A DNA stretch of 64,000 nucleotides. Source: Macrostomum lignano. Lineage: Eukaryota. Shown piece by piece: positions 24,666 through 37,708 of this stretch. Each line of letters begins with the position of its first letter. Within the stretch, counting starts at the first letter, position 1. Both the position numbers and the translations under genes were made by a program. Under the pieces are notes generated by a model. The model was given only the letters and a program-made list of their open reading frames with translations. It had not been told where the DNA came from and ran no database searches. The stretch lies in assembly GCA_002269645.1 (NCBI GenBank), contig NIVC01001900.1, positions 62,001-126,000 on the forward strand, read 5' to 3'.

Positions 24666-25399
24666 TTTATGATATCTCATAATTGACAACTTATTTTTTA
24701 TACGTGAACTTTAACTATTTTTCTAAATGTTTATCAATTCTGTTTCTATGTAGATTCATTAGATTAGTAAGCGTTGTTTATTTCCGATTGGATCTTGTAA
24801 AAATCGTTTAATAGGTCACTTCTCTTGTTAACTTCTTTTGTGTTATTATAATCTGTGATATACTCGAATCTTGAGAAAAAGACAATTCTATCGCACAATC
24901 GGAAATTATAGGGGAATGTTTTTATAAGGTCGCAAAACTTTCTGTTTATCTACGAGCTCTGTCTACTGTTAAGACAAGTTTCTATATCTACGTGTACAGC
25001 TCAACTCTTATATAATTTTATCAGTTTTTTGAATGTAAAGTTATAATTTATATATTCTTGCTATAGGTCACCGCGTCGGTTTAAATACACAGGCTTTTTT
25101 ATCATTTTTATCGAATTTTTCGTTCTTTGATTGTTTACCACGTTCATTTGGGGACTTTTGTGCACGAGAATTCGCCCAAGAAGCGAGAGGTTTATGCGAT
25201 TCACACCCATGAGAGCCAACTCCGAAGGCAAGTCGGGATGGGCAGAATTTCCTCAGGGCTGGTTTGTCGGACGATGTCGCCGAAGGCCCTCCTGCAATTA
25301 TTATTATTTATAACCTCTGCAGTAACTACGTTCGATGTCTAATGTACTTTATCTAGCTGTCTAGGCTTTTGTTTACCACCCCTTAACTGTACATAAGTT

Positions 25400-25680
25400 T
25401 GATTTCTATCCCCCAAATGTACATAGGCTAGATTTCTACCCCCCTAATGTACATATTCCCCTCCAATGTACTTAGTCTAGCTTTCTACCCCCACCAATGT
25501 ACATAGGCTAGATTTCTATCCCTCCACCAATGTACATAGGCTAGATTTCTATCCCCCCAATGTACATAGGCTAGACTTCTACCCCCCCCCCCCCAATGTA
25601 CATAGGCTAGAATTCTACCCCCACGAATGTACATAGGCTAGATTTCTACCCCAAATGTACACAGGCTAGAGTCTAGATTT
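25400..25680. repeat. ~30-bp minisatellite (CCAATGTACATAGGCTAGATTTCTACCCCC)n
   Basis: Tandem units with a variable C-run. Confidence 0.9.
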
Positions 25681-25751
25681 CTACACACGGAAAGCCACCT
25701 CATTTGTCCATGTCCACAATGCATGCACATTCCACGCATTTCTGCAGCCAA

Positions 25752-28700
25752 ATGCACGCCTGGAAGACGCTTCCAGCAATGCCTCCCGGCTGGGAGTCGC
25801 GCATCGATGCAATTAGACGCCTGTCAGTCAGCGTTCTCGTCTCCTGTCTGGCGGAGATCCTGCGAGCTAATCATTCTGTTACTGGCCGAATGGGCACCAG
25901 ACGGCTATGGGATATGCATATGGCCGCTTTAGAGGAATACGTGCCCAGGCAGATGCTGGCGAGAACTGCTCTGGAGTATCTGCGATTAACTGAACCCCTG
26001 GTTTATAGAGCTGGTTAGTTAATCCACTGCTGATGATACAGGCATTTCTTGTTCATAGAAGGTTTCACTAATCGATTTGCTTGAGGTTTAATCTACGTGT
26101 GCTTCGTGGAGTCACCCTTTGATTCATAAGGTCATTAGATGCTTTGTCATTTAGGGCTTTACATGGTCATTCGGGGCTTCCTGGGGTCATTCGGTGCTCC
26201 ATGGGGTCATTCGGTGCATCATGGGGTCATTAGGTGGTTCATGAGTCATTAGGTGCTTCATGGGGTCATTAGGTGGTTCATGGGGTCATTCAGTGCTTCA
26301 TGGGTCATTCGGTGCTTCATGGGGTCATTTGGTGCTTCATGGGGTCATTAGGTGCTTCATGGGGTCATTCGGTGCTTCATAGGGTCATTCGGTGCTTCAT
26401 GGGGTCATTCGGTGCTTCATGGGGTCATTCGGTGCTTCATAGGGTCATTAGGTGCTTCATGGGGTTATTCATTGCCTAACTGGGAGTCATTGGTGAACCA
26501 TAATGACCCCACAATCGATTTAGCCATTCCATATAAACTGTTTTCAGTTCTGCCAGAATTCGAGATCAACGGCAAAGTAGTAGAAGTTCTTGTGCACAAA
26601 TTCCTATTTCAAATTGTCAATATTGAGACCGCATTTCATAATGCTCTGGGCTCCGACGCAAACTGGTCTGAGGTGGTTAACAAAATTGGCTCGCTTGAGA
26701 AGACTAAACAGAAGCTGGAGGAGACTGTTCGACATCAGGAGAAAGTTTTGGATCGATTGGAGAAGCGCTCGCGTGATCAGCAGATAGCGTGAGTGGAATG
26801 AGTTCGATTTTATTGCATTCGTTTATCATGTACATTTTCGTTTATGTACTCGTAAAGTAATATGGCAAATTTATTTACATTAATCGGACCATTTCTATAC
26901 CGTAATATGACTATGTAATAATAGTATGACCCATTTATGTACATTAGTGTGGCCCACTTATGTACATTAGTATGGTCTATATTTATGTACATTAGTAAGG
27001 TCCATTTATGTACATTAGTAAGGTCTATTTATGTACATTAGTAAGGCCCATTTATGTACATTAGTATGGCCCATTTATGTACATTAGTAAGGCCCATTTA
27101 TGTACATTAGTATGACCCATTTATGTACATTAGTAAGGCCCATTTATGTACATTAGTAAGGCCCATTTATGTACATTAGTATGGCCCATTTATGTACATT
27201 AGTAAGGCCCATTTATGTACATTAGTATGACCCATTTATGTACATTAGTAAGACCCATTTATGTACATTAGTAAGGCCCATTTATGTACACTAGTATGGT
27301 CCACTTATGTACATTAGTATGGTCTATATTTATGTACATTAGTAAGGCCCATTTATGTACATTAGTATGGTCCATTTATGTCACATTAGTGAGGTCCATT
27401 TATGTACATTAGTAAGGTCCATTTATGTACATTAATATGGTTATTAGTGTGTATGTATATATGGCCGTTTATGCACATAACGAGTACAATTTAGGTGCAT
27501 TCGTATGGCCATTATGTACATTAATATGGTTAATGTGTACATTTTTCGTTCATTGAGTATGTGCATGTACTTTCCTATGTACTTTTATATGCATATAATT
27601 ATGTATCATTTTGATAATAAAATTACATAAATCATTCTCAACTCGCACTAATCCGCAGCTGGTACGGTCGAGTTGTTTATCCAGCCTCAGCTTTGGCCTG
27701 CAGCAGTCAAGACACGGATGCAGATGAGCCGAATGAGAGCGATAATCGTAACGATGCTCAAACAGCCGCTGCTGCTGACGGGTCATCGGCAATGGCTAGA
27801 AAATCTCTTATAATGGAGGCTGCAACTGCACCTCATCAGTCTCAGCAACAACAGGCGGCATCTGTGCTAGTACTGCCATCGGGCGCTGGGCAGCCTGGTT
27901 CGCAACAGGCAGCTGCCAATGTTGGCAAATATCGATTGGTGCACCCAGAAGAGCTTGTTAGCGTGGCCGTGTGAGTATAATACTATAAGATCTTAATTAA
28001 AGAACCGGAAGTTAGAGATTAGTCACCAGTTATTAATTAGAGAACCGGAAGTAGGATATTAGGGATCAGTTATTAATTACAGAACCGGAAGTATGATATT
28101 AGTCACCAGTTATTAATTAGAGAACTGGTAGTTAGAGATTAGGCATCAGTTATTAATTAGAGAACCGGAAGTTAGAGATTAGAGAACCGGAAGTAGGATA
28201 TTAGTCACCAGTTATTAATTAGAGAACCGAAAATTAGAGATTAGGCATAAGTTATTAATTAGAGAACCGAAGTAGGATATTAGTCACCAGTGATTAATTA
28301 CAGAACCGGAAGTAGGATATTAGTCACCAGTTATTAATTAGAGAACTGGTAGTTAGAGATTAGGCATCAGTTATTAATTAGAGAACCGGAAGTTAGAGAT
28401 TAGAGAACCGGAAGTAGGATATTAGTCACCAGTTATTAATTAGAGAACCGAAAATTAGAGATTAGGCATAAGTTATTAATTAGAGAACCGAAGTAGGATA
28501 TTAGTCACCAGTGATTAATTACAGAACCGGAAGTAGGATATTAGTCAACAGTGATTAATTAGAGAACTGGAAGAGACTCAGACAGCTTCAGTGACTCCTT
28601 GCTCCCTGCCCCCCCCCCCACCAACCCCCAAGCGTTCCTATTGTGACTTATCCTGTTCATTGCTACAGCTTTCCAAGCATACGATGGAATTTCCGTGGGT

Positions 28701-31700
28701 TTTTGGAGCCGAGCAATTTGCAAGTTTGTCTTCTAGTCTGGGGTTTAGGTCTGTGTGGGAGAACTTATTTGAGCAATGCGCCTTTACATTAAAAAAATCA
28801 ATTTTATCAAGCATAGGAAAACAAGAATTAAAATTTCTTCTGCTTATTCATTTATTTATCATATCTTTATTATCTGCGTTGACACCCGGATCAGTAGCAA
28901 AAGGAGTTTTTCCATTGCAACTAAATTCTGTGGTTCAAAATGATTTCATGACAATCATTTCATGTTGATACAGCGTGTTTGTGAAGCTTCATTCATCATT
29001 GATGGAGCTCACCTATAGCTAACTAGATGTGCTTTATCTCATTTTCTTGGGGTTCTTACTTCTTGCACTGCCGCTTTGATTTGTATTTGGGTTTGTGCTG
29101 TTTATTATAGGAGCCTGATGAGACTTTTTGTAAATTGAAGAATTTTTGTAAATTTATTTTTATTGTAAATTTGTCAAGCAAGCAGCAAGTAAAAAGCATT
29201 ACTGAACCGAAAGTAAAAAATGAGAACCCCCTATTAGAGGACCGGAAGTTGGAGATTAGATTTGGAACCCCAATTATAAAGACCGAAAGTTGGGAGATTA
29301 TAACCCCAATTAGAGAACCGGAAGTTGGGAGACTATAACCCCAATTAGAGAACCGGAAGTTGGGAGATTATAACCCCAATTAGAGAACCGGAAGTTGGGA
29401 GACTATAACCCCAATTAGAGAACCGGAAGTTGGGAGATTACAACCCCAATTAGAGAACCGGAAGTTGGGTGACTATAACCCAGATTTGAGTACCGGAAGT
29501 TGGGAGATTATAACCACAATTAGAGAACCGGAAGTTGGGAGACTATAACCCAGATTTTGAGTACCGGAAGTTGGGAGATTATAACCACAATTAGAGAACC
29601 GGAAGTTGGGAGACTATAACCCAGATTTTGAGTACCGGAAGTTGGGAGATTATAACCACAATTAGAGAACCGGAAGTTGGGAGACTATAACCCAGATTTG
29701 AGTACCGGAAGTTGGGAGATTACAACCCCAATTAGAGAACCGGAAGTTGGGAGACTATAACCCAGATTTGAGTACCGGAAGTTGGGAGATTACAACCCCA
29801 ATTAGAGAACCGGAAGTTGGGAGACTATAACCCAGATTTGAGTACCGGAAGTTGGGAGATTATAACCCCAATTAGAGAACCGGAAGTACCAACGATAACA
29901 ACAGACTAGACCACTAGCTGGAAGTGATTAAGACTCATTAATAAGCAAAACCAGGCGAGAATCTATAAACATAAATAAATAAAAATTCATCACATTCCAA
30001 TGCTCACTACCCTCTGTCAGAGTGGCCCAGCAGAACCAGCCAGTATTCGCACTATTTGACCGAGAGCTCTGGCGCCAAGCTGTCATAGCGGACGTACTGG
30101 AGCCGGCTGCTGGCACAGGCGGCACGGTGCTCTATCGGGTTAGCTTCGCTAAAACAACTAAACAATTGAAGCCAAGTCAAGTTGCTCTGAGCGAGACTGC
30201 CGAGACTAGGCTAGAGCAGTACCCTGTCGGGGCTCGGGTTGTGTCCTCTTACACTGACGATCGCGGCTTAGTGTTTTATTATTCGGCTATCGTAGCCGAG
30301 CCGCCGGGCGAGAGAAACTCTCGCCGTTATCTGCTGTTCTTTGACGACGGCTACGCACAGTATGCGCCGCCTAGCGATGTTCGGCGCGTGCTGCAGCAGA
30401 CTCCGCAAAATTGGCGCGAGGTGGCCGAAAATTCGCAAGATTTTGTCCGAGCTTATTTGGATCGGTTTCCTAATAGGACTATGCTGAGGCTGCGGCCTGG
30501 GCTCACTATTCGGGTGGAGCTGAGGGGTGAGTTGTTGCTATGTGAAACGCAGGTAAATAGTGTGTTAGATAGGTAGATAGTGTGATTGATAGGTAGATAG
30601 TGTGTTAGATAGGTAGATAGTGTGATTAATAGGTAGATAGTGTGATTGATAGGTAGATAGTGTGATTGATAGGTATATAGTGTGTTAGATAGGTAGATAG
30701 TGTGATTAATAGGTAGATAGTGTGATTGATAGGTAGATAATGTGATTGATAGGTAGATAGTGTGATTGATAGGTATATAGTGTGTTAGATAGGTAGACAG
30801 TGTGATTGATAGGTAGGTAGTGTGATTGATAGGTAGATAGTGTGATTGATAGGTAGATAGTGTGATTGATAGGTAGATAGTGTGATTGATAGGTAAATAG
30901 TGTGATAGATAGGTAGATAGTGTGATTAATAGCTATATAGTGTGATTTATAGGTATATTGTGTGATTGATGGGTATATAGTGTGATTTATAGGTATATAG
31001 TGTGATTGATAGGTATATAGTGTGATTGATAGGTATATAGTGTGATTCATAGGTATATAGTGTGATTGATAGGTATATAGTGTGATTCATAGGTATATAG
31101 TGTGATTGATAGGTATATTGTGTGATTGATAGGTAGATAGTGTGATTGATAGCTAGATAGTGTGATTGATAGGTATATAGTGTGATTCATAGGTATATAG
31201 TGTGATTGATAGGTATATAGTGTGATTTATAGGTATATAGTGTGATTTATAGGTATATAGTGTGATTCATAGGTATATAGTGTGATTGATAGGTATATAG
31301 TGTGATTGATAGCTAGATAGTGTGATTGATAGGTATATTGTGTGATTGATGGGTATATAGTGTGATTTATAGGTATATAGTGTGATTGATAGGTATATAG
31401 TGTGATTGATAGGTATATAGTGTGATTGATAGCTAGATCGTGTGATTGATAGGTAGATAGTGTGATTGATAGGTATATTGTGTGATTGATGGGTATATAG
31501 TGTGATTTATAGGTATATAGTGTGATTGATAGGTATATAGTGTGATTGATAGCTAGATAGTGTGATTGATAGGTAGATAGTGTGATTGATAGGTATATAG
31601 TGTGATAGATAGGTAGATAATGTGATTGATAGGTATATAGTGTGATAGATAGGTATATAGTGTGATAAATCGGTATATAGTGTGATTGATAGGTATATAG

Positions 31701-34700
31701 TGTGATTGATAGGTATATAGTGTGATTGATAGCTAGACAATGTGATTGATAGGTAGATAATGTGATTGATAGGTATATAGTGTGATAGATAGATAGATAG
31801 TGTGATTGATAGGTATATAGTGTGATTGATAGGTATATAGTGTGATTGATAGGTAGATAGTGTGATTGATAGGTAGATAGTGTGATTGATAGGTATACAG
31901 TGTGATAGATAGGTATATAGTGTGATTGATAGGTATATTGTGTGATTGATAGGTATATAGTGTGATAGATAGGTATATAGTGTGATTGATAGGTATATAG
32001 TGTGATTGATAGGTATATAGTGTGATTGATAGGTAGATAGTGTGATTGATAGGTATACAGTGTGATAGATAGGTATATAGTGTGATTGATAGGTATATTG
32101 TGTGATTGATAGGTATATAGTGTGATAGATAGGTATATAGTGTGATTGATAGGTATATAGTGTGATTGATAGGTATATAGTGTGATTGATAGGTATATAG
32201 TGTGATTGATAGGTATATAGTGTGATTGATAGGTAGATAGTGGGGTAGATAAGTAGATAGTGGGGTAGATAGGCAGATAGTGCGGTAGATAGGCAGATAT
32301 CTCAAAAGCCAGCTGTCTCTCCCACACCACCCCCTCGCAGGCGAGTGGCTAACGGCAGTCGTTGAACGCGTAGACGCCAGTCTTGTCCAAGTCCGCTTTC
32401 CCACTCGCAGCGGCCGCCTGGAGTGGCTCTACCGCGGCAGCACTCGGCTCGAGGATCTGTACAAAGCCATGGTTGCTAGGGAAAGAGCGGCCGAGTTAGC
32501 GGCAGCTGCGGCGGCAGAGTCAGCTAGTGAGCAAAATCAGAATCAGCAGCAGCAGCAGCCAACGCCGATTCGCCAAGCATTTGCTCGAAAGTCCAGCATG
32601 GGCGGAATTCGTCGACAACACAAGCATCAGCATCAGCAGCATCAGAAACAGTCGGCCACGTTGACAAATGCCGATCCTGACGCAGCCGCCGCGGCAGCGG
32701 CAGCAGCCGAAGAGGACGCCTGCTACGAGGAGGCCAGAGCCGGGGTTATGGTAGCCTCGATTGACTCTGAGTCGCTGCGTCAGTTGAGACCGTTTCCGCA
32801 TCAGCACGGAGTTGACTGCGGTGTCAACTGTCTGAACAGCGGCGGCGGTAGCGTCGGTGGCGACAGCTCCGAGCAGAATCGACTGGCTAGCACGGAGCTG
32901 GTCGATCGGAATCCTTTGGACGTGCCGCTGTTGCTGGGTTGGCATCGATTTGTTGTGAAACTTGGCGGGCCTGGACGAGTTCGTCGAAGGGAACTGGTAA
33001 GTGCAGTAGTACATTTGTACATTTATTTTATTGTTCATGTTCTTTAAGAGCAAATGTACTTTTATAGTACATTTGTACATTTATTTTATTACTCATATTT
33101 GTAGAGAGCGAAGCCGAGAGAGAGAAAGTTATGTGTTGTGTGTAGCCGATAAAGCCTCAATCCATTGTAGGCTCTGTGCGATCGATTTATATATTTAGCA
33201 GCAACCCTGCAGTTGAGACTGCGTACATTAAAAACAGAAAGCCAAGAATATCGGATGTACATCGGAAATGCACACCAGGACTAAAAACACTTATTATGCA
33301 AGCACTGGGCAGCAGGTGCCTACAATGTTCTTGAAGTGCAAATGAACTTTTTTAGTACACGTACTTTTCATGCGGTAATAAATAGGATCCTGTAAAGCAA
33401 ATAAACAGTTACGCTCGTCCATAGTGCGCTAGAATCCTAGTTTTCGATTCTCGATCAACAAATCCTGATTCCCAAATCCTATTTGTTAAATCAGAGTTTT
33501 CCAATCCTAATCCTCAAATTTCAATTTCTAGATCCCAGTCCTCATCATATCTATATCCTGTCCCTCGCTAAGATGGACTTTCAGTTTCCCTGGTTGTGTA
33601 CTTTTTTCGAAGTATTTTTACTATAAGTGCATTATTGTTTTTTCTTCAAGTGCAAATCTACTTTTATAGCACAGCTGCACTTTTCTATTGCACTTTTGAT
33701 GCGGTATTAAATAGAATCTTTTAAAGTACAAGTGTACTCTTGTACTTAAAAATTGCAATGGTGTGCTTTTGATGCAGTAACAGATATGGTAATTCGGTGT
33801 GAATTTTTATTATAAGTACACGTGTACCTTATTCTGTACTTTTAAATGAAAACCGCAGATCGAATACGCAGCCCCGTGCGGCAGGCGCATTCGAAATCCG
33901 GTCGAACTGGACCGAATTCTGAGCCAGACCAGCTCACGATTGCATCCGCTGCATTTCTGCTTCGATCCGCTAATCCGGGTAGCAACGGAATTCCAAGCCA
34001 CGGGCGCACGCCGCCAGCTAGCCGACCTGAGCTACGGCAAAGAGAGAATCCCCGTGCCTGCTGTCAACTGTTTAGACGCAGACGAGCCGCCGTTTATTGA
34101 CTACACACCGCAGAGAATGCCACTGCTAAATGTGTGCACTAACGAGGCTGATAAAGGCTTCCTGGTGTGCTGCGACTGCACCGACGGCTGTCGGGACCGA
34201 ACCAAGTGCGCCTGCTTGAGACTCACGGCTGAGGCGTCAGCTACGGTTACTGGTGAGGTCTATAGTATCATATTGAATATTCTCAAGTTCAACAGTTCTC
34301 CTCAATTTCCGATCCCCAAATTCCGGTTCCCAAGTCTCAACCCGGAAATCCCAATCTTCAATCTCAATCTTGAAGTCCCAATCTGATTCAAGTCCCAATT
34401 TTCAAATCCAAATTCCCAAATCCCAATCTTCAAATCCCAGTCCCCAAATACCAATGGTCAAATCCCATTCCCAATCCCCAAATCTCAATTCCCAAATCCC
34501 CAAGCTTCAAATCCCAAACTTCAAATCCCAATCCCCAAATCCCAATTTTCAAATCCCAATTCCCAAATCCCAATCTTCAAATACCAGTCCCCAAATACCA
34601 ATGGTCAAATCTCATTCCCAATCCCAATCCCCAGATCCCAATCCCTAAATCCAAATCCCAATTCCTAAATCCCAATCGTCAAATCTTAATCCTCAAATCC

Positions 34701-36238
34701 CCAATCCCTAAAATGCCAAGATCCCCAAATACCCAAATCCCTAAAACTCCAAGATCCCCAATTCCTCCCACAACCCCAGGCCGCACAGACAGCCGTCCAG
34801 CCTACGAGAACGGGCGCCTCGTCCGCGCCCTCATCGGCGGGGTGTACGAGTGCAACTCAGGCTGCAGCTGCCGCCAGTGGCAGTGCCGCAACCGTCTGGT
34901 ACAGCGCGGCCTTCACTCCCGGCTGCAGATCTTCAAAACCAGTCGAAAAGGCTGGGGCCTCAGACCTTTGCACGATTTGCCAAAAGGCGCTTTTGTCTGC
35001 GTCTATGCTGGTGAGCTGTACAGCGAAGAGCTGGCAGTGCAGTACTGCGACCAGTTCGGAGATGAGTACCAAGCTGATCTGGATCATCTGGAGGTCATGG
35101 AGCAGGAGAAATTCGGCTACGAGGCTCAAGCTATCGAGCCCCATCAACAGCAGCTGAAGCAGAAGAGTTGGCTAAGAAAATCGCAATCGCAATCTTCGCT
35201 AACTAACGACAATGGGGACAATGAAGACCCCGATGAGGAACCAACGGCGGAAGCAGAAGAGCCAGGAGCGGAAACAACAGAAGAAGAAGAGATTGACAAC
35301 GACGACGCAAACGATGAAGATTATTGCGGCGATTCTCGTAGGAAGCGCAGGTTATTAAATAAAAAGTCGGCTAATACGACTGCTAATGCTGCTACTAACA
35401 GTAGTACCGCTGGTGCATCCGCCAACCCGAAGCGAAGCCGATTGGATGATGAGGCAATCGGCGCTGCTGAGTCCGGCAGCGGCAGCACAGTGCCAAAGGC
35501 TGGCAGCGGATGCTGCAGTCAACAGAATGCTCAGGATCATTGTTCAATGCATGATGACGAAGATGCTGGGGCCATCGCTGCTACCGCCGCTGCGGCTGGG
35601 TCTCCATGGTGAGATTTGAGATATCACATTTCTCATCTCAGTTCTCAGTTCTCATTTCCCATCTCACAGATCTCATCTTGTCTTATCTCGCAGTTCTCAT
35701 CTCTAATCTCACAGATCTCATCTTCTCTTATATCAGAGTTCTAATTCCTTATTCCAAGCATTCTCGTCTCCGTTCTCAAGTTTCTCATCTCTAGCCTTCA
35801 CTGCTCTCATTATAATTTTACCTTTCTCTCGCTTCTTAACCGCCCTGAACTCCGCTCAGCAGCTCCCAGCCTCTCTCCTCCATCGCCAACGCCGATCAAA
35901 TGGACGAAGCCGAAGACGACGACGTCCTTGAAGCTGGCGGGCCAGCCGCCTGCCTCAGGGCGTTGCTAGGCGAGGCGCAGCCCTACATCATGGACGCGAA
36001 GCGAATCGGGAATCTGGGCCGCTATCTCAACCATTCCTGCGCTCCAAACGTCATCGTACAGAACGTATTCGTCAACACGCACGATCCCAGATTTCCCGAG
36101 ATTGCTTTCTTCACCTGTAAGCGAGTAAGAGCTGGCGAAGAGCTGTGCTGGGATTATAATTATCAGGTTGGCAGCGTGCCAGGGAAAACTCTGCGCTGCT
36201 TCTGTCGGGCCAGGGACTGTCGGGGCAGATTGCTTTAG
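25752..36238 (+). CDS. SETDB1: Histone H3K9 methyltransferase SETDB1/eggless. Exons 25748-26013, 26548-26788, 27659-27970, 30021-30526, 32341-32996, 33859-34252, 34780-35608, 35860-36238; possible upstream exon 25194-25261
   Basis: In-frame GT-AG joins give tandem Tudor ([24 protein letters not shown]), MBD (PLLLGW...YAAPCG), pre-SET ([12 protein letters not shown]), bifurcated SET ([14 protein letters not shown] ... [11 protein letters not shown] ... ELCWDYNY) and post-SET ([13 protein letters not shown]). The start codon is uncertain. Confidence 0.95.
26160..26465. repeat. 20-bp minisatellite (GGGGTCATTCGGTGCTTCAT)n in a SETDB1 intron
   Basis: Direct tandem repeat. Confidence 0.95.
26925..27435. 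repeat. 23-bp minisatellite (CCATTTATGTACATTAGTAAGGC)n in a SETDB1 intron
   Basis: Direct tandem repeat. Confidence 0.95.
27995..28575. repeat. ~40-bp minisatellite (TTATTAATTAGAGAACCGGAAGTAGGATATTAGTCACCAG)n with a ~220-bp higher-order duplication
   Basis: Direct tandem repeat. Confidence 0.9.
29235..29890. repeat. 35-bp minisatellite (CCCCAATTAGAGAACCGGAAGTTGGGAGACTATAA)n
   Basis: Direct tandem repeat; shares the ATTAGAGAACCGGAAGT core with the 28-kb array. Confidence 0.95.
30555..32295. repeat. 20-bp minisatellite (TAGTGTGATTGATAGGTAKA)n, ~85 copies, in the SETDB1 intron between the Tudor exons
   Basis: Direct tandem repeat. Confidence 0.95.
34340..34775. repeat. Imperfect AAATCCC/AATCCC short-unit repeat in a SETDB1 intron
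   Basis: Low-complexity tandem units with an internal duplication. Confidence 0.85.
35620..35800. repeat. Imperfect TCTCAT/TCTCAG repeat in the last SETDB1 intron
   Basis: Low-complexity tandem units. Confidence 0.75.
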
Positions 36239-36264
36239 GAAAAGAGCGTTTCTTCTTTTGCCTG

Positions 36265-36872
36265 ATTGACAGCCTTGTATTTTTCATGTGTCTGATTAAC
36301 GGCTGGTAGCTTTGTACTTTTCATGTGTCTCTTTGATTGACGGCTGGTAGCTTTGTACTTTTCATGTGTCTCTTTGATTGACGGCTGGTAGCTTTGTACT
36401 TTTCATGTGTCTCTTTGATTGACAGCTTGTAGCTCTGTACTTTTCATGTGTCTCTTTGATTGACGGCTGGTAGCTTTGTACTTTTCATGTGTCTCTTTGA
36501 TTGACGGCTGGTAGCTTTGTACTTTTCATGTGTCTCTTTGATTGACGGCTGGTAGCTTTGTACTTTTCATGTGTCTCTTTGATTGACAGCTTGTAGCTTT
36601 GTACTTTTCATGTGTCTCTTTGATTGACAGCTTGTAGCTTTGTACTTTTCATGTGTCTCTTTGATTGACGGCTTGTAGCTTTGTACTTTTCATGTGTCTC
36701 TTTGATTGACAGCTTGTAGCTTTGTACTTTTCATGTGTCTCTTTGATTGACGGCTTGTAGCTTTGTACTTTTCATGTGTCTCTTTGATTGACGGCTGGTA
36801 GCTTTGTACTTTTCATGTGTCTCTGATTGACAGCTTGTAGCTTTGTACTTTTCATGTGTCTCTTTGATTGAC
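36265..36872. repeat. 41-bp minisatellite starting ~30 bp after the SETDB1 stop (TTGATTGACGGCTGGTAGCTTTGTACTTTTCATGTGTCTCT)n, ~14 copies
   Basis: Direct tandem repeat. Confidence 0.95.
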
Positions 36873-37314
36873 AGGTCACTCAAGAACTGTCACCTTCAAT
36901 TTGCACCTGCCTGTGCATCAGCTTTCATAACTTGCTATAATTAATAAGTCTCCTAATAATTTCATAATTACCTGTTTTATAAAATCTTTGTTAAGTTGCA
37001 CTTTTTTGCCATGTATTGTTATAATTTTATGTTAATTAATTACAATAATTGTGTAATACTGTATAATACTGTAAGTTTTATGAAAATTTGATTCACAACC
37101 AAGCTTGACAACATTTATAGTTAAGTCTATGAATATAGCATTTTTGTACTTTTATATGGTACTTCAAGAACCTTAGGACACATTAATAAAATATTAATAG
37201 GCGAATAATGTGCTTGCAGTATTATTGACTAACCACTGTTTAAATCTTAAATATTATTTTACGATAGGTCAGGTCACTAAAGGTTAGTTGGAATCACTGA
37301 AAGCCGGTTAGGGT

Positions 37315-37632
37315 CGCTGAATTCCATTTGGGGTCGCTGAAAGCCTGTTGTGGGTCACTGAAAGCCTGTTGAGGGTCACTGAAAGCCAGCTCTGGGTCAC
37401 TGAAAGCCTGTTGTGGGTCACTGAAAGCCTGTTGTTGGTTCACTGAAAGCCTGTTGTAGGTCACTGAAAGCCAGTTGTAGGTCACTGAAAGCCAGTTGTG
37501 GGTCACTGAAAGCCAGTTGTGGGTCACTGAAAGCCAGTTGTGAGTCACTGAAAGCCAGTTGTGAGTCACTGAAAGCCAGTTGTGGGTCACTGAAAGCCAG
37601 TTGTGGGTCACTGAAAGCCAGTTATGGGTCAC
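37315..37632. repeat. 21-bp minisatellite (GGGTCACTGAAAGCCAGTTGT)n upstream of RRM2
   Basis: Direct tandem repeat with a left-to-right gradient of variants. Confidence 0.95.
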
Positions 37633-37708
37633 AGTAATCAGCCCAGCATCAAAGCAGCCGGGGCTCGCATCATTGCAGCTCCAAGCAGCTCCTAGCCAGC
37701 CAGTCGCT

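Noticed and set aside
25400-27435. Pumilio elements (TGTACATA) in two arrays
   Set aside because: They are probably intronic, and in the second array the motif is on the antisense strand, so cytoplasmic Pumilio binding is implausible.
31227-32330. 367-aa His/Tyr/Thr repeat ORF
   Set aside because: Antisense translation of the 20-bp intronic array of SETDB1.
22923-36238. SETMAR-like SET-mariner fusion
   Set aside because: The mariner is on the opposite strand, upstream, inside a tetraspanin intron and defective; no splice path joins it to the SET gene.
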